Shown in pieces: positions 19,601-27,669 of a stretch of DNA of 64,000 bases (positions within the stretch are counted from its first letter, which is position 1; each line of letters opens with the position of its first letter). Position numbers and translations under genes: made by a program. The DNA is from a virus. Where the stretch lies: positions 4,076 to 68,075 of IMG/VR virus record IMGVR_UViG_3300044997_000902; one strand, 5' to 3'. A model generated the notes under the pieces. That model had not been told where the DNA came from, searched no databases, and saw only the letters and a program-made list of their open reading frames with translations.

Positions 19601-22124
19601 AATATTTAACGACATCTCTTCTTAAATTACTACCAACATATCCAACTCCATATCTCCAAGGACCCCTGTAAGTAATGCCTGGACCACTTAATGATCTGCC
19701 AGAATATCCAACTGCAAGGTTCAATATCATTCCTTCATTTGGTCTTTCACCATCCAAAGCTCTAATTTTTAAGTAATAGATTCCTCCGACTAATGGCTGA
19801 CCAAAGATTTGATTAGCGCTATTTAGATATGTTTCTAAACCCGTAGGCCAATCTCCCTCTCCAACACCAGAAATTGTAGTTGCAGAAAATTCAAATCTTG
19901 TAGTCCTAGAATTAGTCTGTATTTGGTAAAAAAATGCATTTTCTAATGGAGTAGTTACATATGCAGGACTAGTAAATATATCTGAATTAGGTGGTCTAAA
20001 TCCGCTTATAGCAGCTACTCTTACATTTTTATTTTTAGTAATTACTAAATCTTCATATCCAATCCCAGTATCATAATAGTTATTAAATAAAAATAATTCT
20101 CCAGAGCCAGTGATATCTCCACCTAATTTAGCTTCAAAAATTGAATATCCATTAAGATTATTTCCTCCTACTCCATTGATACCAGTTATTTGAGTTAAAT
20201 CTTTGCTTACTATTTCTAATGGAAAATTTCTTATTTCTTTATATCCTAATAAATTTTGAGTACCAGGATAACCACTAAAATAAATTAAATTAGCGTTAGA
20301 AGCATTAATTCCAGAAATAGTAATATATCCTAAATTATTATATAGAGTATTTGAAGAAGAACAGCTGTGTATAGTTGGTAAAATATCAATAGATTTATTC
20401 GAAGGCAATATATAGCTTTCACCAAAACGATTTCTTTTTATCCTAATTCTTGCTTGAGGATTTCTTACTTCTCTTGGAACTCTAAATCTAATTCCTGTAG
20501 CAGAATTTTTTAATTTGATTCCACTTATTAAATAATCATTTGCTGCGTCAACATGGCCCGTAATACCCAAGAAAAATACATCTGAGTTTGTTAAATTACC
20601 ATAATCTCCAGAAGTTCCGCTAGAACTATAAATTTCTATTTCATCTAAATATTTTGCTCCTTGTATACCGGACAAATATCTTATATTAACATTATTTTCC
20701 GATAGCCTGACTGTAGAAATCAAAAGATTATTTGAACTAGGAGATTCTATTAATGTACCAGAATCTGGAAAATCTACAGAAAATATACGAAGAGATGTGG
20801 TAGTATAATTATTGGGTAAAATAAATGATGCTCTATCTGCATTAGCATTTACTGTTATGTCTTTTCTTAAAATATTTGGTTGTCCAAGATTAATATAATT
20901 AATACGCTGTAAATATTTTCCACTTATATTGACAAGAGTTCCTGTTCCAGCGAGAACATCATTTGGAGTAAACCCACTAGCTAAAACTGGAGGATAGAAA
21001 ATATTTAAAATATTTCTGCTTTTATCTACTCCATACTGTCCAGATAAAGTAACATAATTTGAAGAACTATAATTAGGTATATTAAATATTATTCCTGTGT
21101 CTTGTATAATGTTAAAAGGAGGGATTATTTTTTGATCTCCAATTTTTATTTCTTGGACAAATGATAAATTATCACCGCTTAATAAAATCTGCGTTGTTTC
21201 TATTTGTCCAGTCTCAGGATAAAATCCATATATGTTTGGATATCCTGCGATATAAAAACTACTAAATTTTGCTCCGCTAGTAACGCCTCTATATTTAAGA
21301 TTTTCTACAATACCGCTTTGATTTTTCCTTATATTATATGGGACTTGAAATTCTAAAAATTCTATTGTTCCTGTATTTTCATATTTCTCATAAGATACAT
21401 CAATCAACGCATTTGTTCCTGTCCCGTTATTAGGAGTGAATTCTATTCCTGAACTTTGATTAGGTACGGTAAAAATACCAGAATTATTTATATTGAAACT
21501 TCCTAAAGAACCATTTATACCAGTCGTGGTAACAGTAAATACTGCATAAGAATTTGAATTATAATTTTTTAAACCTTGTAAATGAAATATATCTCCTACA
21601 TTATATCCTGATCCATAATTTTGAATTTGAGCTCCTGTAACTCTATATAAACCAGTTTCTTGAAAAGATGGGGTGACTTTATTTCCACTGACATCAATAA
21701 ATGTTATATTTGCACCTGGAAGAAAATTAGAACCAGAAACTCTTACATATTGTCCAGGTAACACATTAACATCGTCAAAACCACTAATAGAAGGCCGATC
21801 TAAAATTTTTAAATTAATATAATTGCTAGAGACATCTGCATCATTATAAACATATATTTTATATTTTGACGATGTAAGCCCAGACAAAGTAAATCCAACG
21901 ACATCGTCTCCAATAGTGTTATTGATTCCCGATACATTTTGATTACTAAGCCCATTAATAGAAAAATTTAAACCAGGATTATATATATTTTCTCCAGAAA
22001 TAGCGATAATATTTTTCTTAAATTGTTCTCCAGATATAAAAATAGTTTCTCCATTTATAGCTAAAACGCCTGTAGAAGAAGTTATTACTGGTTGAGCAGA
22101 TTGTATTGTGAAAAATACGCTCAT
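16623..22124 (-). CDS. Large tail fibre/adhesin (IPT/TIG, Ig-like, CBM-like and GGxxN repeat domains)
   Basis: Repeated P.ISGF.P...G..V.ISG.NL units, an He_PIG-like segment, YRGPW...NPNW, and two blocks of IxGGxxNxI repeats. Confidence 0.75.
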   Translation of the reverse strand: MSVFFTIQSAQPVITSSTGVLAINGETIFISGEQFKKNIIAISGENIYNPGLNFSINGLSNQNVSGINNTIGDDVVGFTLSGLTSSKYKIYVYNDADVSSNYINLKILDRPSISGFDDVNVLPGQYVRVSGSNFLPGANITFIDVSGNKVTPSFQETGLYRVTGAQIQNYGSGYNVGDIFHLQGLKNYNSNSYAVFTVTTTGINGSLGSFNINNSGIFTVPNQSSGIEFTPNNGTGTNALIDVSYEKYENTGTIEFLEFQVPYNIRKNQSGIVENLKYRGVTSGAKFSSFYIAGYPNIYGFYPETGQIETTQILLSGDNLSFVQEIKIGDQKIIPPFNIIQDTGIIFNIPNYSSSNYVTLSGQYGVDKSRNILNIFYPPVLASGFTPNDVLAGTGTLVNISGKYLQRINYINLGQPNILRKDITVNANADRASFILPNNYTTTSLRIFSVDFPDSGTLIESPSSNNLLISTVRLSENNVNIRYLSGIQGAKYLDEIEIYSSSGTSGDYGNLTNSDVFFLGITGHVDAANDYLISGIKLKNSATGIRFRVPREVRNPQARIRIKRNRFGESYILPSNKSIDILPTIHSCSSSNTLYNNLGYITISGINASNANLIYFSGYPGTQNLLGYKEIRNFPLEIVSKDLTQITGINGVGGNNLNGYSIFEAKLGGDITGSGELFLFNNYYDTGIGYEDLVITKNKNVRVAAISGFRPPNSDIFTSPAYVTTPLENAFFYQIQTNSRTTRFEFSATTISGVGEGDWPTGLETYLNSANQIFGQPLVGGIYYLKIRALDGERPNEGMILNLAVGYSGRSLSGPGITYRGPWRYGVGYVGSNLRRDVVKYSREGVNYWYAAYTNIDSEPQAGNPNWIPFTNEFAATATQILLAEESNITEALNIGQEGIPSGYIKTVNDKNVDEGSGFFLGYDNRYNFGKPKFRVGNQDSYIKFDGEGLDILGPLSGVITTSKNIKNANNIVEADSSVALGINNKINRKNDNVFIFGTSNIITGSRRCSIVAGKDNKITTVQNFLSDSSTIGGGESNVLYGSYCNIVGGYGNVIDATSTGLSAIANESFITSISGGDVFLIEYLAQIFTNDLVFLVNLESNKNVYQIEHISDIKTTDYTLNISPSLENDDVIKVHSWISLLSENLYSGSFIAADGTNKVCEFKTARTGLNLGIKNQRVKFNKNFVNYTGGNTLVLMDYILSADGNYKLSTISEIDRSGFNIELPNTLNTNGYINYFIGPTGYYTGTDENIGASLQISYVYPFSNLASGNKNYFDLDLKARSRINFFNVYDRGSEYFYLAQCSGSGDNRLKFNLATEINPHSDGYLHVNALGYTGNIFNNNIQIYQTGIPSGSGSYQINLISGITQDYSTFINVIQTGAPLENYYNYYTSGLKTGLFFLNYTEKIKEPHVLNVGIYKTGYYSFDNANFYVNKITCSGNYHDNIVPINFNRSLTNLPIVFLSVENTNIENNYLLSLDHISTTGIFVKLSNSISSGESIKINCLAIDHTGNNSFRAQNLKIVDKNIDFTGRIHIDLPATFDHSELRVFTKVYTQNYVYLWNVYDKDSNSFSISLSDRLSYDNMTGLRCDYMATDLDRDFNIAKANLSIFNYARLAAFGFNDIGSSTIGGGTGNYIKGLVSSIAGGVNNTIVGDFNLIPGGRSNRIIDVTNLDAQYPKSAFCTVVGGSNNLITGNLQYTNILGGSGNLIVNNDQIEERGYSSILGGTANIVSGIFSNILGGANNIISGAYSVALGNNINITNSGSTVFSDASSGIKKISQENTMVLNFANGVYITGNRTNMSPIILDVSKLPQHTSTSSLPVGGVYRSGNFLMIKN

Positions 22125-23827
22125 TCGAAAAGTCCTCCATCTTCAGAAATCATCTGTATAATATATTTACCTGTAGGTATATTATTTAAAGGAATAGATC
22201 CGCTCAATAAATCTTTATCTATAATTCTAAAAGATGTTTGAAATGTGCTTTTACTTTCTGGATAAATATTATCAGAATATTTGAAACGCACAAAACAACT
22301 ATCATATTGATATGGATTATCAATTAATATTGGTTTTTTGAAACTTTTTCCTTGGATCATTACATTAGTACCTCTATATCCGCTGTTAGGCAATACGGCT
22401 GAAGGAGAAGGAGTCTCTATAAAATTATTTTGTGAAATTTTTGATATTTGAGCGCTATTTATTAGTTTAATTTTTCCATTTATATAATAACTTGTCGATG
22501 GAAGTTCGAAAGATATTTTATTTTTATTGTATATTATTAAATTTGATAATGGAATCGATTCTTGAAAAGCGTTAGCATCTCCAGTTAGTAAATAAACTTT
22601 TTTATAATATGAAGAATTTCCATTATAAGTGAATGTAGATAAATTTATTCCTGTATTTGCAATTGTAAAATAATTTAAACGAAAATTTTTATTATTGCTT
22701 GCATTAGGGATATTTAATTCAAAATAATTTTTTTGCAAATTATATAAATTTACAGAAACGTAAGTTGTTCCAATATCAATTGCATTAATTTTTTCTATAC
22801 TTGAAAATATAAAAGGAGGATAAAGATTGCTGTCTACTCTATTAGTTGGATCAAGATAAATTGTTTGACTAGAGTAATTGGGAGTAACATCTACATAATT
22901 TCTTTCGAAAAATCCAGAATCAAATATGAATCCACTATTTTTAAATAAAAATACATTAACATCCGCATCATATTCAAGAGTATTATTTATGTTTATATTA
23001 AATGATCCCGTAGTCTTATTGCTTATATAACTATCATTGTAATTTAATCCTGTTTGAACAATGTTATAAAAGACCGCATAATCAGTGTCTGAATATTTAT
23101 AAGGCAAATCAATTGTATAAGTAGATGATCCAGATAATATTCCGGTTCTAAAAAATTGAAAACCAGAACTAATTATTCCTGATGTAGAAAAAAGATGATT
23201 TTCATAATATTTTTTATATAAATTTACAGGAACATCATATTTAACAGTTATTGATCTTCCGCTACTATAATTAAAATTATTTATATTTAATATTTTAAAA
23301 TTATTTATTTCGGACGCTAAATTAAAATTTTGAACTAAATTCACTTCTGCAATTCCACTCTTAGTAGACATAGGTATTGTAAATGTATTTGTTTCTCCAC
23401 TAAAATAATAATCTATATCATCTAGAACTGGTATTGCAGAAATGGCACCAGTTGTTATAGATGTTAAAACTTTTCCAGTAATATTTATTACATCTCCTTC
23501 GGAACCATTTTTAGGATCAAAATCCTCGAAAGTAAATATAGGTAAAAATGGTAAATTATTTTGACCTGTAATTTCAAAACTATTAGATGCTATAATTAAT
23601 TCTCCTGTATCTGGATTTGAAGGAACTACAAAATCCATTCTTTGTGTTCCGTTAATTAGCGCAAAATTTAAACTTTCTCCAGCAAAAAACAGCTTATCAA
23701 CATAATCTAGATCTTCACCATAAATTGATATAACTTGACCTAAGTCTCCTGTTGGGCTAGATGTAGAAGTAATCTTTGGGTTAGGAGGTATGTATTTAAA
23801 AAATTCTGTCGATACAATAAGTCCCAT
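22121..23827 (-). CDS. IPT/TIG-domain virion protein
   Basis: PKITS.SSP.G..G.VISIYG, FDP.NGS.GDVINITG, P.SGYRGTNVMIQG. Confidence 0.7.
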   Translation of the reverse strand: MGLIVSTEFFKYIPPNPKITSTSSPTGDLGQVISIYGEDLDYVDKLFFAGESLNFALINGTQRMDFVVPSNPDTGELIIASNSFEITGQNNLPFLPIFTFEDFDPKNGSEGDVINITGKVLTSITTGAISAIPVLDDIDYYFSGETNTFTIPMSTKSGIAEVNLVQNFNLASEINNFKILNINNFNYSSGRSITVKYDVPVNLYKKYYENHLFSTSGIISSGFQFFRTGILSGSSTYTIDLPYKYSDTDYAVFYNIVQTGLNYNDSYISNKTTGSFNININNTLEYDADVNVFLFKNSGFIFDSGFFERNYVDVTPNYSSQTIYLDPTNRVDSNLYPPFIFSSIEKINAIDIGTTYVSVNLYNLQKNYFELNIPNASNNKNFRLNYFTIANTGINLSTFTYNGNSSYYKKVYLLTGDANAFQESIPLSNLIIYNKNKISFELPSTSYYINGKIKLINSAQISKISQNNFIETPSPSAVLPNSGYRGTNVMIQGKSFKKPILIDNPYQYDSCFVRFKYSDNIYPESKSTFQTSFRIIDKDLLSGSIPLNNIPTGKYIIQMISEDGGLFE

Positions 23828-23832
23828 ATATT

Positions 23833-24804
23833 TTATGCTAAAGTTAGCATCCTTATTTGTTGATTAGTAGCGTTTTTGATACGAGGAACAGTCGCAGTAA
23901 TATAATTATTATTAGAAATAGTAAAATTATCCGCTTCATATTCTCCAAAAAAAACTTGAGCAACATATTGAAAATTATTTCCGGAGATCTGTATTTTATC
24001 TCTATAACGGCCAGACGTAGGAGAAAAACCAGAAATCGTAGCTTCTTCAATCACATTATATTGTTTTATAGTTAATTCATTTGTTAAAAATTCTTCTGCT
24101 CTAACTTGAAATGCTTTTTTCGTTAAAAATCCAGTTACGCCATAACCCTGAGTAATTAAAGAAGTTCCAAACGGAGCCGTACCTAATACAACACCGACTT
24201 TTGATCCAGATATTTCTACTAAAGGATTTAAATTATCACAAGTTATTGTTAAAGTAGTTTCTTTTGGACCAAAAACTCCTCTTCTCTCTTCTATATCTCC
24301 AATATATATTTCAGGTCGAATATCTGTTGTATAAGTATAATTTGCATTTAAATAAGATCCAGTTAAATTTTGATTGCTAAAGTTAGTAATGCTTATTTCA
24401 TTAATATGCACAACAGAATTTGAAAAATCAATATGATCATATGTCGGAATAAAATTTCCTGTTGGAGTTCTAAAAAATATAATTTCAGTTGTACAAATGA
24501 CTGGATTGTGTGGAGCAAATCTAGCATTATAGCTTTTAATATAGCCCAGTTCTTGAATACCTCCTAAATTAAAAGTAACGGCTTCGTCTAAATTTAATAG
24601 ATTTTTTATTGGATCTACACCAGTATAATAATAACTAAAACTCAAAGACCCTTGAATAGAATTATTAGGTCTAACTTCATCCGAATACCTCTGACCGATT
24701 TCTAAATATGGAGATATTTGAGCCTCATATGACATTTGAGCTTCGGATGCAATAATCGATTGATTATTTATTTGTAGATTTACATTTTTTCCATTGTAAA
24801 ACAT
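23833..24804 (-). CDS. Tail-tube-fold paralog with C-terminal IPT/TIG domain
   Basis: Two tube-like halves (MSYEAQISPYLEIG / YTYTTDIRPEIYIG), then ISGFSPTSG...IQISGNNF. Confidence 0.55.
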   Translation of the reverse strand: MFYNGKNVNLQINNQSIIASEAQMSYEAQISPYLEIGQRYSDEVRPNNSIQGSLSFSYYYTGVDPIKNLLNLDEAVTFNLGGIQELGYIKSYNARFAPHNPVICTTEIIFFRTPTGNFIPTYDHIDFSNSVVHINEISITNFSNQNLTGSYLNANYTYTTDIRPEIYIGDIEERRGVFGPKETTLTITCDNLNPLVEISGSKVGVVLGTAPFGTSLITQGYGVTGFLTKKAFQVRAEEFLTNELTIKQYNVIEEATISGFSPTSGRYRDKIQISGNNFQYVAQVFFGEYEADNFTISNNNYITATVPRIKNATNQQIRMLTLA

Positions 24805-24805
24805 A

Positions 24806-25636
24806 TTAGTAATATTGTACTATTGTTTTAGTCGCTCTTATTATATCATCCAGATTTGATTCTGTTGTAGAATTATTAATAAATGCGTCGGGCATTTCTA
24901 TTGTAAAGCTATTTGAATCTAAAAGTCCAGACATTTGTATTCTTAAAGGTATATTTTCTCCAGTATAAACTAATTTTGTAAATAGACTTTCTGTCATATT
25001 TACAGTTTCTTGAGCTCTAATAGGTTTAACCTCTACAGGAGTTTGCTGACCTAAAACATAAATTGGCGTTAAATTACAGCTAAATGTATATGTTAAATTA
25101 TATAAATCTGCAGTTAATTCGCTTGCGGTTCCTTTAGCAAATACATTTCTTCCAGAAATTAAATTTGTTTTTGAACTATGAGCAATGCTATCCGCAGAAG
25201 CGTTATTGGGATTAGTCAAATCTCTAGGAACAGGGAACAAAGAGTTCGTTATTATTGGTTCATAAGTTATATAACTGGCCTGAGCAGTAATTACATTATT
25301 AGGTTCTACTTTAAGGCTATAATTATTTAAATAACATTTCTGACCACTAACCCCTGCAAATCCTATATTAACACCATTATAGTTCTGAGGAGCAGAAATA
25401 AAATTTTTGATTTCTTTAACTGTATTAAAAGCTGGATCACCAGTTGGGTTTATTAAGTATGATATTTGAAATGTGCTTGAACTTGGTCCTGTAGTTATCT
25501 GTTTTTTAAATGGTTTTCTTTTGCCTAAAGTATAAACAGGCCCCATAGTTATATCTGAATTAAAACTTGCGGATATTGCTAATACCCCAGTATTATTGAT
25601 CCTCACCTCACATTGATCATAGTATATTCTAGACAT
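24806..25636 (-). CDS. Tail-tube-fold paralog
   Basis: Duplicated motif SASFNSDITMGPVYTLG / NLTYTFSCNLTPIYVLG, as in 53115-54218. Confidence 0.55.
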   Translation of the reverse strand: MSRIYYDQCEVRINNTGVLAISASFNSDITMGPVYTLGKRKPFKKQITTGPSSSTFQISYLINPTGDPAFNTVKEIKNFISAPQNYNGVNIGFAGVSGQKCYLNNYSLKVEPNNVITAQASYITYEPIITNSLFPVPRDLTNPNNASADSIAHSSKTNLISGRNVFAKGTASELTADLYNLTYTFSCNLTPIYVLGQQTPVEVKPIRAQETVNMTESLFTKLVYTGENIPLRIQMSGLLDSNSFTIEMPDAFINNSTTESNLDDIIRATKTIVQYY

Positions 25637-25660
25637 ATTCCTTATTCCTTTTTCCTATTA

Positions 25661-25670
25661 AAATTACACT
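25661..25670 (-). promoter_or_regulatory. Putative late promoter motif GTGTAAT
   Basis: AGTGTAATTT about 25 nt upstream of ATG 25636. Confidence 0.6.
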
Positions 25671-25671
25671 A

Positions 25672-26478
25672 TCATCTTGAGATAGTGCTTTCATAAGTTA
25701 ATTGCATTAGAGCGCTTCCGTCTACATCAGTATTGTAATCTTCTTTGACTAATAATGCATCAGTTATATTAAACGAATTGACTATAGTAGACGAATTATT
25801 TTTCTTTAAATTAATGTCAAAATTATATATATTTTCTTTAACGGGATAATCAAATAAGCTCTTATTTTTATAATCATGCAAAGATATTGAAAAGCTTGTT
25901 GTTATTGATATAGGATATTGGAGTTTAACATCTACGGGTTTTATAGAAGTTGCATCGAAAATAGGAAGCCTATTCGATCTAATAGTTATATTTAAATTAT
26001 TTATTTTCTCCGATTCTAATTCGCTAAAGTTAATTTCTATATCTCCAGGATTAACTATATTTAATTTACCCTCTTCCATAACGAATGGTAATTTTGAAGA
26101 TGAAGCATTACCAAAATCACTATAAAAGTTCCATTTTGTAGCTAGATTTGGTATTGTACCTACTCCGCATGAAAATTGATATTCTGCCAGGTAGCCACTA
26201 TTCATTACAAATGTATTTTTGTCGTATTGAATCTTCAAATTTGCTGCTTTTTCACCTGTATACTCTATAAATTGATCAGTATTAATAAATAAAGATTCCA
26301 AATTTAAAGCTCCCACGAACATTCCTATAGGCACTGTATTTAAATGATTATTATTACATCCTAGATATTTGACATTTTCTATTGGTAGATCATAACTGGC
26401 AGCAATAGATTGCGCCCCTGTGATAGGCACATCATTAATATAAATTCTATTGAATTCTCTTGTAAATCTAGATAACAT
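25672..26478 (-). CDS. Tail-tube-fold paralog
   Basis: QSIAASYDLP...LG, FSCGVGTIP, LNPGDI-like, NRLPI...QYPISITTSFSI parallel the major tail protein. Confidence 0.6.
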   Translation of the reverse strand: MLSRFTREFNRIYINDVPITGAQSIAASYDLPIENVKYLGCNNNHLNTVPIGMFVGALNLESLFINTDQFIEYTGEKAANLKIQYDKNTFVMNSGYLAEYQFSCGVGTIPNLATKWNFYSDFGNASSSKLPFVMEEGKLNIVNPGDIEINFSELESEKINNLNITIRSNRLPIFDATSIKPVDVKLQYPISITTSFSISLHDYKNKSLFDYPVKENIYNFDINLKKNNSSTIVNSFNITDALLVKEDYNTDVDGSALMQLTYESTISR

Positions 26479-26494
26479 ACCTTATACCTGATAA

Positions 26495-26520
26495 TAATTA
26501 CACCCCTTTAAGTGTAATTA
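26495..26520. promoter_or_regulatory. Back-to-back GTGTAAT motifs (divergent late promoters)
   Basis: TAATTACAC-N8-GTGTAATTA inverted repeat between divergent ORFs 26478(-) and 26544(+). Confidence 0.65.
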
Positions 26521-26543
26521 CTAATATAAAAGGAGCAAGGTTT

Positions 26544-27038
26544 ATGCAAGGAATATATGAAGAATTATATACATTCTTACTAGCCGAGAATGTCGAAGAA
26601 ACAAAGGTTTACTGTTTCAAAGATTGGCTAACGTGGTATATAGAGAATAATCTATATCATATTCAAAAGAATCAAGATGGGTCTATTGAAAAAGTTGTCT
26701 TTATAAGAAGATTAAATTCAAATGATATTGCTGAATTTCCCGAATATCTTCACCCAGAAATACCTAATGTTGATAAAATTACAAAATATAATCTACATAG
26801 ACCAGACGGCAATATATTTTATTGCGAATTACTCGTAGATAAGATAGAGAAAGTTGATGATCTAAAGATAGAAAATATGAAATTTGCATTTGAATGGGCA
26901 AAGAATAGGTTTAATATCACAACAGACCAATTAAGCCCTGCAGATATACTCTTGTATTATAAAAAAGGTCACAAAGCGAAAATTACTTTAAGAGACATGA
27001 GTACTTTAATTGACAAGATCTTAAATTATAGTTCATAA
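26544..27038 (+). CDS. Hypothetical protein
   Basis: 164-aa ORF with AAGGAG Shine-Dalgarno; first gene of the tail-tip block. Confidence 0.7.
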   Translation: MQGIYEELYTFLLAENVEETKVYCFKDWLTWYIENNLYHIQKNQDGSIEKVVFIRRLNSNDIAEFPEYLHPEIPNVDKITKYNLHRPDGNIFYCELLVDKIEKVDDLKIENMKFAFEWAKNRFNITTDQLSPADILLYYKKGHKAKITLRDMSTLIDKILNYSS

Positions 27039-27054
27039 CTAAAGGGAAAAATAT

Positions 27055-27645
27055 ATGGGAATGGGTTTACCAAAAATTGATTTAAGACAAGAAGATACGG
27101 GATCTATTAATGATCCCATGGTTCAATGGGCAAATAAATCATTGGGGCATAATTTTTTAAAAAATGATATTGTAAAATATAAAGGATATTTTTGGTATTG
27201 CCTTAAAGATCATTTTAAAACCTCACAGAGCGAGCCAGATACAATTTCTGGAAATGAATATTGGGGAGGAATAATTACATTATCTAGTGATATAAGAATT
27301 ACAAAATTTGTTTGGATTCCTTCTTATACATCTACTATTCAGCATAAACCTAGCGTAACAACAATAAGATTTGGAAACGGATATGAACAAAGAATCGCTA
27401 AAAGTATTAATCCAGATTTAAAAACTCTTCAATTAAACTTTGATCAGAGGACTTCTCGAGAAGCTAGAGCAATTATACATTTTTTAAAACAAAGAGCCGG
27501 AGTACAAGCTTTCGCTTATAATCCTGGAGATATTTATTCTGAACAAACATATAGAACAAAATATGTTTGCAGAGAATGGGAAACTAATTTTACATTTAAA
27601 GAAAACTATTCTGTTCGAGCAAAACTTGAAGAAGTTTCTGCATAA
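27055..27645 (+). CDS. Minor tail protein, lambda gpM-like, with N-terminal CBM5/12-like module
   Basis: F.W.P...P.V...RFGNGYEQR...INP, AIIHFL, A..EEV; DIVKYKG.FWYCLKDH....P...YW. Confidence 0.85.
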   Translation: MGMGLPKIDLRQEDTGSINDPMVQWANKSLGHNFLKNDIVKYKGYFWYCLKDHFKTSQSEPDTISGNEYWGGIITLSSDIRITKFVWIPSYTSTIQHKPSVTTIRFGNGYEQRIAKSINPDLKTLQLNFDQRTSREARAIIHFLKQRAGVQAFAYNPGDIYSEQTYRTKYVCREWETNFTFKENYSVRAKLEEVSA

Positions 27646-27669
27646 TGAAAATATTGGAGAATTTATAAT

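Noticed and set aside
26544-27038. GNAT/acyltransferase assignment
   Set aside because: Only a vague strand pattern, with no recognisable catalytic motif.
27010-27040. sigma70 promoter before gpM
   Set aside because: TTGACA is present but there is no convincing -10 hexamer at 16-18 nt spacing.
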